Program-made: the position numbers and the translations under genes
Shown: positions 30,874 through 42,054 of the stretch, piece by piece
Layout of the letters: each line of letters opens with the position of its first letter
Numbering within the stretch: the first letter of the stretch is position 1
Assembly: GCA_965198005.1 (NCBI GenBank)
Contig: CBDAOI010000004.1
Coordinates: 992,001-1,056,000 of the forward strand
Origin: Spirochaetia bacterium
GTDB lineage: Bacteria; Spirochaetota; Spirochaetia; SZUA-6; Bin103
DNA: 64,000 nucleotides
Reading direction: 5' to 3'
The notes under the pieces: generated by a model
Databases searched by the model: none
What the model was told of the DNA's origin: nothing
Seen by the model: only the letters and a program-made list of their open reading frames with translations

Positions 30874-31134
30874 AGAATCGACCTGCTGCATCGCGTGGGC
30901 GAACGCTACCCGTGGCCCCTGATGCAAAAGCTGTTCCCGTTCAGCGAAGACGGCGTCGCGGCGGCTACGGAAGCGGCGAGCCGTATGCGTTGCGTCAAGG
31001 CGACGATCGTGCCGAACGAGAGCCTCCAAGGCTGAGCCCGCGGCTCACGATGCGGTTCGGTCTCCGCGCGAGGCGCGCAACGCGCCTCGCGCGGTGTGGT
31101 ACACCAACAACGACATCGCGCGGTACGAGGGATT

Positions 31135-32067
31135 CTACGCCGACGCGGCGCCGCCGGCACCGAGGCGAGCCCCACCACCCCTGAGCGTCGTTGCGCCACG
31201 CAACCTTGGGTCGAGCAGATCCCTCACTGCGTCGCCAAACATGTTGAAACTGTAAACGGCAATAGACAGGGCAAGACCGGGAAAGAGAGCCAGCCGTGGC
31301 GCCTTCTCCATGTATTTGCGCCCTTCCACGCTGAGCATGCCACCCCAGTCAGGAATATCGGCGGGCAGACCGTATCCGAGGAAGCTCAAAGAAGCCAAGC
31401 TCAGGATTACGCCTCCTATGCTTATGCTGAATGCAACGATTATGACAGGCATGACATTGGGCACGACATGGCGGATAAATACTCTCCATTTGGTGGTGCC
31501 GACCGCCTCTGCCGCCAGAAAGTAGTCACTCCCCTTGATGGCGATAGCGGCGCTTCGGATCAGTCTGCTGCCGCCGACCCCTCCGGCGATCCCGAGGACC
31601 ACTATTATCTGTAATATACCCTGCCCCACTACGGAAATTATGGTTAACAACAGGAGCAGTCCCGGGAAAGTCGTCCAGGCATCGACAAATCTCTGCACAA
31701 CCAGGTCCAACTTACCGCCAAGGAATCCTGAAATGCCACCTATCAGGGTGCTGATCGCAACATCAAGAGTGGTCACTGCCAGACCGACAAGTAACGAAAT
31801 ACGAGCCCCCTGGATAAGGCGGCTCAAGGAGTCTCGTCCCAACTGGTCGGCACCGAGCAGATACTTGTTTGATGGGCCCTCCATTATGCCTAGCAGGTGT
31901 ATTTCATTATATGGATAAGGAGCCACAACATCGGCAAAGATAGCAACGAAAAACAACATCAAAATGATAAGACCGCTGACAGCACCCAATGGCTTCTCCT
32001 TGACCAGTCTGATAAAGAACTCTGTCAGGGGGCCACGCCTTTTGGGGGGCACTATGGTTTGATTCAC
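31135..32067 (-). CDS. Peptide/nickel ABC transporter permease (DppC/OppC-like)
   Basis: LGADQLGRD, EAA loop, LSFLGYG, GDAVRDLLDPR. Confidence 0.95.
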   Translation of the reverse strand: MNQTIVPPKRRGPLTEFFIRLVKEKPLGAVSGLIILMLFFVAIFADVVAPYPYNEIHLLGIMEGPSNKYLLGADQLGRDSLSRLIQGARISLLVGLAVTTLDVAISTLIGGISGFLGGKLDLVVQRFVDAWTTFPGLLLLLTIISVVGQGILQIIVVLGIAGGVGGSRLIRSAAIAIKGSDYFLAAEAVGTTKWRVFIRHVVPNVMPVIIVAFSISIGGVILSLASLSFLGYGLPADIPDWGGMLSVEGRKYMEKAPRLALFPGLALSIAVYSFNMFGDAVRDLLDPRLRGATTLRGGGARLGAGGAASA

Positions 32068-32084
32068 GTTCCCGATTCCCCCCT

Positions 32085-33068
32085 CTATTTATACCGCACC
32101 CTGCTGTCAAGCCAGGCGTAGGAGATGTCGATCATCAGGATGCTAAGCATGACTATGGTGGCGAAAAACAGGTTTACTCCCGAGACTAGCGGGTAGTCTC
32201 TGTGTTCGAGGGCATCCAGCAGGAGACGCCCCAGCCCCGGCAGGTTGAATATATTCTCTATGATAACGGAGCCGCCTACCAGCAAGGGCAACATCCCACC
32301 TGCCGCGGTAACCAGCGGGATGAGTGTATTCTTCACGGCGTGTCTCATAACAACTACCCTTTCATTGAGACCTTTGGACCAGGCCGTCCTGACATAGTCC
32401 TGCCTGAGCACCTCCAGCATCACGGTGCGCGTCAACCGCATTATCCCTGCGGACATGCCCGTCCCGAGAATCAGGCTGGGAATGAGGAACATCCCGAGAT
32501 TCCCCAGCGGGTCTTCCATGAAGGGAATCAGCTCCATCGACGGCGACCAGCCCCACCAGATTGCCGGGTAGATCATGACCATCAGGGCCAGCCAGAAGTT
32601 AGGAACTGACATGCCGATGATGGCCAGGGTGCGCCCCGCGTAGTCGGCGCCCGTATTCTGGCGAATCGCCGAGTAGATACCGACTGGCAGCGCTATCAAG
32701 AGCCCGATTACGATTGCCATGAGGCCAAGCTCAATGGTTACTGGCAATTTCATCAATATCTGGTCCTCTATCGCCAAGCCGCCCCACAGTGATGTGCCAA
32801 GGGTGCCGTGCAGAAAAATACCTCCTAGCCAGCGTCCATACTGCACGTGGACAGGCACGTCTATTCCCAGAAAATGCTCAATAGCTTCACGTCTATCCTG
32901 AATCGCCTCATACTGCTCAAAATCAAACGACCCCAAGTATTCCAAGTCACGCAACAGCAAGTCTATGACATTGCCGGGGATGAAGCGGACCGCGAGAAAG
33001 ACCAGGATGGTCAATATGAACAAGGTGGGGATTATCAGCAATAACCGCCTCATGATATAGGCTCTCAT
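32085..33068 (-). CDS. Peptide/nickel ABC transporter permease (DppB/OppB-like)
   Basis: YIMRRLL, QDYVRTAWSKGL, RDYP. Confidence 0.95.
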   Translation of the reverse strand: MRAYIMRRLLLIIPTLFILTILVFLAVRFIPGNVIDLLLRDLEYLGSFDFEQYEAIQDRREAIEHFLGIDVPVHVQYGRWLGGIFLHGTLGTSLWGGLAIEDQILMKLPVTIELGLMAIVIGLLIALPVGIYSAIRQNTGADYAGRTLAIIGMSVPNFWLALMVMIYPAIWWGWSPSMELIPFMEDPLGNLGMFLIPSLILGTGMSAGIMRLTRTVMLEVLRQDYVRTAWSKGLNERVVVMRHAVKNTLIPLVTAAGGMLPLLVGGSVIIENIFNLPGLGRLLLDALEHRDYPLVSGVNLFFATIVMLSILMIDISYAWLDSRVRYK

Positions 33069-33110
33069 GTGACCCCCTTATCGTTCCGGAAAACCGCGTA
33101 ACGCGCCAGA

Positions 33111-33140
33111 CCCTGAGTCCCGACTCGTCGGGACTCAGGG
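33111..33140. promoter_or_regulatory. Perfect 14-bp-arm inverted repeat between binding-protein and permease genes
   Basis: ccctgagtcccgac-tc-gtcgggactcaggg. Confidence 0.7.
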
Positions 33141-33259
33141 TGACATTCAACCAGCCTGGCTACACCAAGCTCCTGCTAAATCACCGCCTCGGCAGTATGG
33201 GCTCGCTACCGCGGCGTGACCAGAATCAGTCATACTACGATGCGACCAAACAGCCAATG

Positions 33260-35068
33260 CTAACGACCCATTGCTGCCTTCATCTCTTGGTCTATCCAGA
33301 TGCGGGCGTAGACACCGATTTGATAAGAGTCTTCACCGTTGAAACCTATGATCCACGGCTGGTTCACATTGGCATTCAGGGCCATAGGACCCCATATAGT
33401 CCAGTGCTGCTCTATCCCGTACATATCTGCCTCTCTGGTCAGCTTCCTCACCTCCTCATAGGTAGTAGCGGCATTCAAGCGGTCAATCATGGCGTCATAA
33501 ACCGGATCCTGGACGTTAGACGGGTTTCTGCTGGTCGAGTAGTGATTCTGCTTTACCGCGTTGCGATTCCCCTGGAATCCAGCATGATCCCTGATCATAC
33601 CTTCATAAGTATGGTCGCGTTTCATAATTGCAAATTCTTCATATGTTGTCGTTCCCGCAGCTTCTACATCAACGCCAATAGCCTTCCAGTATTCGATGGC
33701 GATTAGCATATAGTCAGTCATTTTTATGTTATTGTTCAATCTGGTCTTCAATCTAATGCCGTCGGCGCCGCGCGGATACCCAGCCGCATCGAGCAACGCT
33801 TCTGCCCCTGCCGCGTCATAGGTGAAGTATCCCTTGATCTCGTCCGGCCACTGCTCAAATGGGACCATATAGCCTATTGCATTAGCCCCAGTCATCCCCT
33901 GAGGTGTCGCATCTGCGTAACCCTTGAAGTAGGTAGCGACAATTGTCGGAATGTCTAGTGCCATCTGCATTGCCCTGCGCACACTGATGTCGTCAAAGGG
34001 CGGCTTTTGCGTGTTTACAGCAAGAGCGAAGTTACTGCGACTCGCGGCCGGCCACACCACGACTTCGGGGTTGGTCTTCTGGAGGTCCTCTGCCACCTCC
34101 ATAGTCCACTTATCCCAAGAGCTGAACCCGACATCAATCATATCGATCTTACCCGTCCGCATCGCCGCCATACGTGTTTCCGGTTCTCCGATAAACAGGA
34201 CCTTTAACTCGTCAACATAGGGCAGGCGGTTCTCCGGGTACTTTTCGTCGTAGCCCCAGTAGTCAGCATGCCTGACATAGGTCAGAGAAGTGCCTCTGGA
34301 CCAGTCAGTCCACATGAAGGGCCCGGTGCCGATGTGACTCTCCTGCTCCTGAAGATCGTCGAATTCCTTGAGCACCTCGGGGGCGAGTGGATGGAGGTAA
34401 GGATTGGGATGGGTCTTGAGGAGAGCGACCAGCATTCCGAGCTCTGGCTCGTTTACGTTGACAACAAACGTATATTTGTCGGGGGCGGTTATCGATTCCA
34501 ATTGTTTCATGAAACCAGTGTTTTGCGACACGAACGGGGTTGGCCCATCCTCCGTAAATTCGCCCAGTCCCAAATAACGTTGCCAGCCAAACAGGATATC
34601 GTCGGCAGTCACCTCCCGACCGTTCACCGGTGGCTTATCCTGGAAGCGAACACCCTTGCGGATGTTGAAAGTATAGGTGAGGCCGTCCGTGGAAATCTCC
34701 CAGCTTTCAGCCAGAGCCCCTGCAAATTGATCTGCGGCCGGCTCGACAAAGCTATAGCTCAATACGTCCCTATCTATCGCCCAGTCGCCCTGGCCCAAGT
34801 CCTGGTTTATCGGTCTAAGAAGGCGGTACGCACCGGTTTCGGACCACGGGTCAGCATGCTCACGGTCCCACGGGAGGATGGCGGCCAGGTTCAATGTCCC
34901 GCCATACTCTGGCGCGGTCACCATCTTGCCGGTGGCCGGGTCGAGCACCATTTCCTTGTCGGCGGTGGACGCCGGCGCCTCTTCTGCGCCAGCAGCCCAG
35001 AGACCGGTGGCGGTCAGGACCAGGACCAACGCAACCGCGAAGGTCTTGGTGATTATTACAATATTCAT
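33260..35068 (-). CDS. Family 5 ABC substrate-binding protein
   Basis: Signal peptide, YGGTL, LAESWE, GTGPF, PPFDDISVRRAMQMALD. Confidence 0.95.
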   Translation of the reverse strand: MNIVIITKTFAVALVLVLTATGLWAAGAEEAPASTADKEMVLDPATGKMVTAPEYGGTLNLAAILPWDREHADPWSETGAYRLLRPINQDLGQGDWAIDRDVLSYSFVEPAADQFAGALAESWEISTDGLTYTFNIRKGVRFQDKPPVNGREVTADDILFGWQRYLGLGEFTEDGPTPFVSQNTGFMKQLESITAPDKYTFVVNVNEPELGMLVALLKTHPNPYLHPLAPEVLKEFDDLQEQESHIGTGPFMWTDWSRGTSLTYVRHADYWGYDEKYPENRLPYVDELKVLFIGEPETRMAAMRTGKIDMIDVGFSSWDKWTMEVAEDLQKTNPEVVVWPAASRSNFALAVNTQKPPFDDISVRRAMQMALDIPTIVATYFKGYADATPQGMTGANAIGYMVPFEQWPDEIKGYFTYDAAGAEALLDAAGYPRGADGIRLKTRLNNNIKMTDYMLIAIEYWKAIGVDVEAAGTTTYEEFAIMKRDHTYEGMIRDHAGFQGNRNAVKQNHYSTSRNPSNVQDPVYDAMIDRLNAATTYEEVRKLTREADMYGIEQHWTIWGPMALNANVNQPWIIGFNGEDSYQIGVYARIWIDQEMKAAMGR

Positions 35069-35799
35069 ACGTATCTCCGTATGTAGATTCTTGAGAGTAT
35101 TGCGGAGCGACTTGCGCTCCCTGGCTACTCGGGCCCGCAACGCGGGCCGCCAGTCCGAGTCATATTCTCAGAAGCGCGCGGCGTGTGACTCACCGGGTTC
35201 GCCCGGGCTCACGCCGCGCGCGCGTAAGGTTCTTTGAGTATCATTTTGCACCGCCTTTCTTAACTTTCTTGGCCACGGGGTGCGCTGCCAGATGCCTGAC
35301 AGAAGCTGTCTGTCTCGGGCCGGTACGCGCAGCGCCTGTGCGCCCCATTATGCAAGCACCGGCCGCTCGGCGGACGTGGGTAGCTGCATCACAACCCGAC
35401 AGTGGGTGGTGTGCCACCATCGGATGGTGGTCGGCGAAGCAGCGGATCCGAATGGCCGGCAACGCCGGAGGGGGGTAGGACGCGCCGGTTGCGTTGCCGC
35501 TAACCGGTGGCAGCGCTGAGTAGTGTTTTCAGCCATCTTTTGCATCCGTTCAAACCTGAGACTCTTAGTATGCCACGCCTGCGGCAACCAATCAACAGGA
35601 AAAACTGGCGAATTGAAGGTTTTTTGAGATTTCTTTCGGGCAGCCGCGGCAGCCGAGAGCCCCTCGCGGCGCCGACTCGGGCGCATCGCTCCTCCGGAGC
35701 CGTCATTCGCCGGCGACGTGGCCGTCCGCAGGCCGCTCACCGTCCACGTCGGCTTCACAGCGGCCCGCTGAGGGCCTTCCAGCCCCTCGGGGGTAAGCC

Positions 35800-37354
35800 T
35801 GGGGTACGAGCGCCAGGCTTACTGGCATATGACAGAGGGTGAAAGTCCCTCGGAACGAAGGAGCAGCCAATCCACGTTTCTCCGCGAGCCGTGCGTTGGC
35901 ACCTGCGAGGGTGCAGGCGAAGCGTCGGCAGCGGTGCGTGCGGGCAGAGTTATGGAGCGCCGCAAAATACGACATCCGGAGTGCCGAGATTCTGTACTCG
36001 GTCGAAGGCAACACCGGTCGAGCCAGTATGGTGAGGACCGACCGGGCTCCACGGCGTCGAAGAACTCAGGCACGTACGTACGTCATATACCGGGACCTGG
36101 GAGGTCTTCGGGTCGTCCCGGCGGGTCGTCGCCGGGACCGCGGAGGAAAGGCGTGAGGCTGGACCGAAGATGAACGACCCGAAGAAGTCGGACATGGGCA
36201 TAGTAGCGGCGAAGCCGGCGAACAAGGGAGCGCAAGCGACTGCGGAGACGGTGGAGCGAAGGCCCATGACCAACGGGAATTCGCAAGGTCAAAGCACGGG
36301 CCGGACGCAGAGTCGGGCAACCGTGACACAGGCGGCCGAGCGGATACGGCAATTCGTAAAGAGAGAACCGCAGGAGAAACTCACTGCGCTGCTGCACCAC
36401 GTGACGCCGGAAGCGCTGCGGGTGGCCTATTACGCGCTGAAGCGCGAAGCGGCCCCGGGGGTGGACGGGATGACGTGGCGGGAGTACGAGACGGGGTTGG
36501 AAGTGCGCTTGCACGACCTGCACCGGAGAGTACACACAGGAGCGTACCGAGCGACCCCGGTACGGCGGGTCAACATCGACAAGCCGGACGGAGGCACACG
36601 ACCGCTGGGGGTGGCCGCGCTGGAGGACAAGATCGTCCAGAAGGCCGTGGTGGATGTGATCCTGACACCGATCTATGAGGAGGAATTTCTCGGGATCAGC
36701 TATGGGTTTCGACCGGGGCGAGGGGCACACGATGCGTTGGACGCACTGGCCTACGCCATCGAACGGCGCAAAGTGAACTGGATATTGGACGCGGACATTC
36801 GCGCCTACTTCGACACGATCTCGCGGGACTGGTTGATCAGATTCCTGGAGCATCGGATTGGAGATCGGCGGGTGCTGCGGCTGATAAAGAAGTGGCTGCG
36901 CGCTGGGGTACTGGAAGAAGGCCGACAGATCGACGCGGGGCGGGGTACAGCGCAAGGGTCGGTGATTTCACCGATGCTCGCGAATATATACTTGCACTAC
37001 GTGTTGGACCTGTGGGTCACCAAGAAGTGGCGGCCGCAGGAGGCGCGCGGAGACATGATCATAGTGCGCTACGCAGATGACTATGTCGCCGGGTTCGAGC
37101 ATCGTGACGATGCGGAACGCTTCCTGCGGGAACTGAAGGAGCGATTCAGAGGCTTCGAGCTGGAACTGAACGCCGACAAGACCCGACTCCTCGAGTTTGG
37201 ACGGTATGCCGAAAGGAACCGCCGAGCACGTGGGGAAGGGCGACCGGAGACGTTCGACTTTCTGGGCTTCACGCATTATTGCAGGAAGGACAGGAAAGGA
37301 CGCTTCGGGCTGGGGCGGAAGCCAATTCGGAAGCGGATGAATCGTACCCTGAAG
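35800..37354 (+). mobile_element. Group II intron, 3'-truncated; 5' boundary approximate
   Basis: Intron-like leader (gagggtgaaagtccctc, gagccgtgcg, gaaggcaacacc) upstream of the RT ORF; no domain V/VI seen downstream. Confidence 0.8.
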
Positions 37355-37378
37355 GTAACTACTCAGGAGGACCTGTGA
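36170..37378 (+). pseudogene. ltrA: Group II intron reverse transcriptase/maturase, truncated at the start of domain X
   Basis: RPLG, SYGFRPGRGAHDAL, GTAQGSVISP, YADD, FDFLGFTH; ends at an IS66 terminus. Confidence 0.92.
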
Positions 37379-37597
37379 CAGGTCCGAAGGTGGTTCGGTA
37401 TTCTACCTGTCTGCGCGCGCTCACAATTGTGCATCCAGGCTGAGCTGGTCTGACTGGTACTTTGAGGGGGAGTGGTCGGTCAGGAAGTGTCGGGGGTCGG
37501 TACGAACGGCTGACCGTTGAAGACGCGGGTCAAGGCGTCGAAGGCGCCGACCGCGTTCTTGCGGGCGGTCGAGATGTAGGAGCGGATCCGGTCAAGG
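37355..37597 (-). mobile_element. IS66-family right-end remnant
   Basis: Transposase C-terminus RIRSYISTARKN and terminus ctgagtagttac (minus strand). Confidence 0.75.
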
Positions 37598-37664
37598 TGA
37601 GGTGGTCCTGGAAAATTGGACAGGAGGTTAAGGTGTATTCGAGGCCATGAGGAGGGCCAAGGAG

Positions 37665-37949
37665 ATGGCGACGACACGACGTCGATTCACAGCGGAGTTC
37701 AAGGCACGGGTAGTGGTGGAAGCGTTGCGCGGTGACCGCACGATGCAGGAGATCGGGGCCAAGCACCACGTCCATCCGAACCAGGTGAGCGGCTGGAAAC
37801 GGCAAGCACAGGAGGGTCTGCGGGAACTGTTCGCGGACGGCGTCAGCCGCCGGCAGGCGGATCACGAGGCGACCATCCACGAGTTGCACGCGAAGATCGG
37901 CGAGTTGACGGTGGAGCGGGATTTTTTAGCACGCGGGCTCAAGCTCTGA
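37665..37949 (+). CDS. IS3 transposase OrfA (HTH)
   Basis: RRRFTAEFKARV..HPNQVSGWK; likely slippery site gattttttag near the end. Confidence 0.92.
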   Translation: MATTRRRFTAEFKARVVVEALRGDRTMQEIGAKHHVHPNQVSGWKRQAQEGLRELFADGVSRRQADHEATIHELHAKIGELTVERDFLARGLKL

Positions 37950-37969
37950 GACGGGACGAACGACGGAAG

Positions 37970-38803
37970 ATGATTGAACGTGACTACGAGAACTTGAGCT
38001 TGAGCCGGCAGTGCACCCTGCTTGGACTGAGCCGCTCGGCGTTGTACTACACGCCGGTCGGCGAGAGCGCGGCGAACTTGGCGCTGATGCGGCGCATCGA
38101 TGAGTTGTACCTGCAGTACCCGTTCTACGGCGCTCGGCAGATGGTACGCCATCTGGCGCGTGAGGGGGTGACCGTCGGTCGGCACCGGGTGCGGCGGCTG
38201 ATGCGGCTGCTGGGCTTGGAGGCGATCTACCGCAAGCCGCGGCTCAGCGTCGCGAACCCGGAGCATCGGGTGTATCCCTATCTGCTGCGGGGGCTGACGA
38301 TCGACCGCGCGAATCAGGTGTGGTGCGCGGATATCACCTACATCCCGGTGCAGGGCGGGTTCCTGTACTTGGTGGCGATCATGGACTGGGCCAGCCGGCG
38401 GGTGCTGGCGTGGCGGCTGTCCAACACGTTGGACACCCGGTTCTGCGTCGAGGCACTGGAGGAAGCGCTGGAGATGTACGGCAACCCGGAGATCTTCAAC
38501 ACCGATCAGGGGAGCCAGTTCACCAGCATCGCGTTCACGGAGCTGCTGGTGGCGGCGGGGATACGCTGTTCGATGGACGGTCGCGGTCGTTGCCTGGACA
38601 ATGTGTTCATCGAGCGGCTGTGGCGGTCCCTGAAGTACGAAGCGGTCTACCTGCACGAGTTGGCGGACGGCTTCGTGGCGCAGCGGGTGATCGACGAGTG
38701 GATCGAGTTCTACAACGAGGTACGACCGCACTCGGCACTCGGTGGCCGGACGCCGTCCGAGGCCTACCGGGGCGTCGCGGCGCCCGGACGGGAGGTGGCG
38801 TAA
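37970..38803 (+). CDS. IS3 transposase OrfB (DDE)
   Basis: WCADITY, NTDQGSQF, DNVFIERLWRSLKYE. Confidence 0.95.
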   Translation: MIERDYENLSLSRQCTLLGLSRSALYYTPVGESAANLALMRRIDELYLQYPFYGARQMVRHLAREGVTVGRHRVRRLMRLLGLEAIYRKPRLSVANPEHRVYPYLLRGLTIDRANQVWCADITYIPVQGGFLYLVAIMDWASRRVLAWRLSNTLDTRFCVEALEEALEMYGNPEIFNTDQGSQFTSIAFTELLVAAGIRCSMDGRGRCLDNVFIERLWRSLKYEAVYLHELADGFVAQRVIDEWIEFYNEVRPHSALGGRTPSEAYRGVAAPGREVA

Positions 38804-39035
38804 CGGACATGGGGAGCAGGTGGCAATTGCGGGTTCCGAGGTCAGAGGGCGAGCGGGTGTGCGATCCGGTGCGGGGAGTTATCCACAATATGCACAGGAT
38901 CGCGCTCCCCCTCCCCCGGACCCCCACCCCCTGTTACCGCCACCTGTTTTTGACAGGGAGGGGTGGGTTGACAGACAACGGAATACACCTTAACTTACCC
39001 CCCGGGCTGTCCAACCAACCGGGACCACCTCAAGG

Positions 39036-39770
39036 GGCCGATGAGTCTATGCGTAGGGTCCTATTTGCCATTCACAGTTGGCTGTTACATGAACGGACAC
39101 TCCTACATCGAACGGCGGTTGCTGAGCGCCGGAATCCGCTTCCGCAAGGACGCCAATGCGATCGTGAACTGTGCCGAGCCAGAGGTGTTGTGCCAGATCG
39201 CTGATGCGCTGGACGAGCGCACCCTGCGCGAGCGCGCCGACTACTGGGCGTTTCGGCTGGCACCGAGCTTCAGTGGTCGCGAGCGTGCACTGTGCCGACT
39301 CCAGTACCAGTGGTCGGTGGCTTAGATCGAGTTCGCTCGCGACGTGATCTTTCATCGTCGTGCTCGGCTACGCAGTCTCGCCGCCACCACCGACCGCTAC
39401 CTCACGCAGCAAGCCGAGCTGCTCGATTCTACGGTGGACACCGGGGCACTCGCGAAACTGGCCCAGCCAATGATCGCCGGACGACGCCGTACCCCTGGCA
39501 TCAAGCTCCATGACGACCGCGTAATCCGATTGCTCGACGCGCTGCTCAACACCGGCGGCCTACTGGGAGACTGCACGAGCGGCGAGCTGCACTCACGCGT
39601 ACTGGCACGCCATCGTCCGACAGAACGCGACTATGCGCTGAACCAACTTCGCTACGACCTTGGCAAGGTCCGAGCCCACAGGTTGGCTGAGCGTCTCGGC
39701 TCCAGTCGGCGGTATCGGCTCACGGCTACGGGCGTTCGGATCAGTGCGCTCCTCGTCAAAGCCCGCGATC
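39036..39770 (+). pseudogene. Degraded putative mobile-element protein with C-terminal winged-helix
   Basis: YLPF..YMNGHS..GIRFRKDAN..QIADAL, in-frame TAG at 39323, then YDLGKVR..RRYRLT; family not named with certainty. Confidence 0.5.
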
Positions 39771-40201
39771 CATCCATCGGCGCCGCCGAATCACTGCCGA
39801 TACCGAGTTGCGTCTCGCGAAGTTCTTCGGTACCACGCCGCGATTCTGGATTGCGCTGCAGGACGACTACGATCTGGAGGAACAGCGGAACAACATCGCT
39901 GAGGAGCTCGAGATGATTCAATCGGTTGGATAGCGTCATGCGAATCCGTCGCGGCGCCTTCAACTCGCTGGCTGCCGTGGCGTTCTCGCGGTGCCACGCT
40001 CCCCAAGCCGGTTAGATCCAGCTGCAGGCACAGCACCGCCACGCCCTGCCCAGATCTGCTCCTTTTTTTGGACTGATCCTTGTTGCCGACGTCCAAATAC
40101 TGGGACACTACGCATCCAGCAGGGGCCGGGCGTCGGCAACGTTGTAGATTCTCGGCAGGTAGCCGTGGTTCACGGCCAACTTGCCTCATAGACCTTGACC
40201 A

Positions 40202-40211
40202 GGTAGCTACC
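40202..40211. promoter_or_regulatory. Palindromic operator candidate for the TA operon
   Basis: ggtagctacc beside a -35-like ttgacc, just upstream of the antitoxin ATG. Confidence 0.5.
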
Positions 40212-40229
40212 AGGAGCTACCTTGAGCAT

Positions 40230-40520
40230 ATGCGTGCCGTTGGGTTGAAGGTCCTCAAGAACAAGCTGAGTGAGTACATCCGTCTGGTAGTGGCCGGCGA
40301 GACGGTTCTGGTGACTGATCGGGACCGCGTGGTCGCGGAGCTCATCCCTCCTAGAGAGGGGCGCGCGCTCGCCATTGACGACGCTGAGCTCGCAGACCTC
40401 GTGCGCACCGGTCTCGTGAGCCCGCCCCTTCTGCCCGAACGCGGCCCGCCACCGCGGCGTCCCATCGGGCCGACTGATCGCATCCTCAGGGACCTCGATG
40501 GCGACCGGCAAGATCGCTGA
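40230..40520 (+). CDS. Phd/YefM-family antitoxin
   Basis: VGLKVLKNKLSEYIRLVVAGETVLVTDRDRVVAEL. Confidence 0.9.
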   Translation: MRAVGLKVLKNKLSEYIRLVVAGETVLVTDRDRVVAELIPPREGRALAIDDAELADLVRTGLVSPPLLPERGPPPRRPIGPTDRILRDLDGDRQDR

Positions 40521-40539
40521 GCTGGCCGGCGAGCACTAG

Positions 40540-40929
40540 GTGACCTACCTCGATACGTCTGTCGCCCTTGCCCATTTGCTGGGCGAAGATCGGCACCCGC
40601 CTGATCAACTGTGGCACCGCCAACTGATCGCCAGCAAGCTCCTGGAATACGAGCTTTGGACGCGCATCAACGCGTACCGGCTGGAACATTCTCATGAAGA
40701 TGACCTGCTCGCTTTGATCGCTCGCGTGGCGCTCGTGAAGCTCGAGCCTGCCATCCTGGCGCGAGCCCTGCAGCCTTTCCCCGAGCCTGTGCGCACACTC
40801 GATGCGTTGCATCTGTCGACGATCAGCTATCTGCTCGAGCAAGGTCAGAGCGTCGAGCTCGCCAGCTACGACCAGCGCATGATTGACACCGCCCGTGCCT
40901 TCGGCTGGTCCATCGCCGACTGCGGCTGA
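40540..40929 (+). CDS. vapC: PIN-domain (VapC) toxin
   Basis: YLDTS, RTLDALHL, SYD acidic motifs. Confidence 0.9.
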   Translation: MTYLDTSVALAHLLGEDRHPPDQLWHRQLIASKLLEYELWTRINAYRLEHSHEDDLLALIARVALVKLEPAILARALQPFPEPVRTLDALHLSTISYLLEQGQSVELASYDQRMIDTARAFGWSIADCG

Positions 40930-41139
40930 AAGGAGCGACACTCGAGGCCGGTGCAAACACCCCCGAGGACCCCTTATTAAGCGGCCGCATCGAAAGGTCT
41001 CCAGCCATGCAGTAACCTTACTCGTCGAGGTGGACGACAACCACGGGCGCGACCCCCTCCCCTTTCACCCTGCAAGAGCTGACTGGCAAGATCGGCGCAG
41101 CAGCGGGCGAGCTGGGCCGAAGCAAGTATCGTCAAAATG

Positions 41140-42054
41140 CTAGGCGCGTAGGCCGGATTGCGCACCCATCCGCCCGACCCCGCCGCGCAGCCGTGGGTCG
41201 AGCAGGTCGCGCACCGCGTCGCCGAACATGTTGAAGCCGTACACGACGATGGTCAGGAAGATGCCCGGCCACATCGCCAGCCACGGCGCCACCTGCATGT
41301 AGCGGCGCCCCTCACGGCTCAGCAGGCCGCCCCAGCTGGGAACGCTCAAGGGCAGCCCGAAGCCGAGAAAGCTCAAGCTGGCCTCGGTGATGATGACCGC
41401 GCCTACGGTGATGCTGAAGATGACGATGATGGGGGCGAACACGTTCGGCAGCACGTGGCGCAGCACCGTGCGCCAGGGCGGGCTGCCAACCGCCTGTGCG
41501 GCCTGGAAGTAGGCGTTCTCCTTCACGCCGATCACCGCGCCGCGGACCACGCGCGAGCTGCCGATCCCGTAGACCAGGCCCAGCACGATGATGACCTGCA
41601 GCGCACCGGTACCCAAAATCGACATGACCGTCATCAACAGCAGCAGTCCCGGAAAGGCCAGCCAGGCATCAACGAATCTCTGCATCACCAGGTCGAGCCG
41701 GCCACCGACGAACCCGGAGATGCCGCCGACTGCGGTGGCCACCAGCACCGCCACCGTGGTCGCCGCGAACCCCACCAGCAGCGACAGCCGAGCGCCGTAG
41801 ATGTTGCGGCTGAGGAAGTCGCGCCCGATATGATCGGTTCCCAGCAGATGCTGGGCGGAGGGACCCTGCAGGCTCCGGGTCACGTCCTGGCGATGCTCGG
41901 GGTCGGGCGCCAGCACGTCGGCGAAGATGCTCACCAGCACGAACAGCACAATGATCACCGCGCCGAGAAGGCCGAGTGGCTTCTCCCGGATCAGCCTGCG
42001 CAAGAAGTCGGCGAAGGGGCTGCGCCTGCGCTGCTCGGTGGCGAGGTCCGTCAT
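41140..42054 (-). CDS. Peptide ABC permease (DppC-like)
   Basis: LGTDHIGRD, EASLSFLGFG, GDAVRDLLDPR. Confidence 0.95.
   Translation of the reverse strand: MTDLATEQRRRSPFADFLRRLIREKPLGLLGAVIIVLFVLVSIFADVLAPDPEHRQDVTRSLQGPSAQHLLGTDHIGRDFLSRNIYGARLSLLVGFAATTVAVLVATAVGGISGFVGGRLDLVMQRFVDAWLAFPGLLLLMTVMSILGTGALQVIIVLGLVYGIGSSRVVRGAVIGVKENAYFQAAQAVGSPPWRTVLRHVLPNVFAPIIVIFSITVGAVIITEASLSFLGFGLPLSVPSWGGLLSREGRRYMQVAPWLAMWPGIFLTIVVYGFNMFGDAVRDLLDPRLRGGVGRMGAQSGLRA

Larger units (their letters stand above)
37598..39032 (+). mobile_element. Complete IS3-family insertion sequence
   Basis: IRL tgaggtggtcc..ttggaca, IRR tgtccaa..ggaccacctca, 3-bp flanking repeat AGG, orfA/orfB. Confidence 0.95.

Noticed and set aside
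38879-38887. Perfect DnaA box TTATCCACA
   Set aside because: Single copy inside an IS3 end; no origin context.
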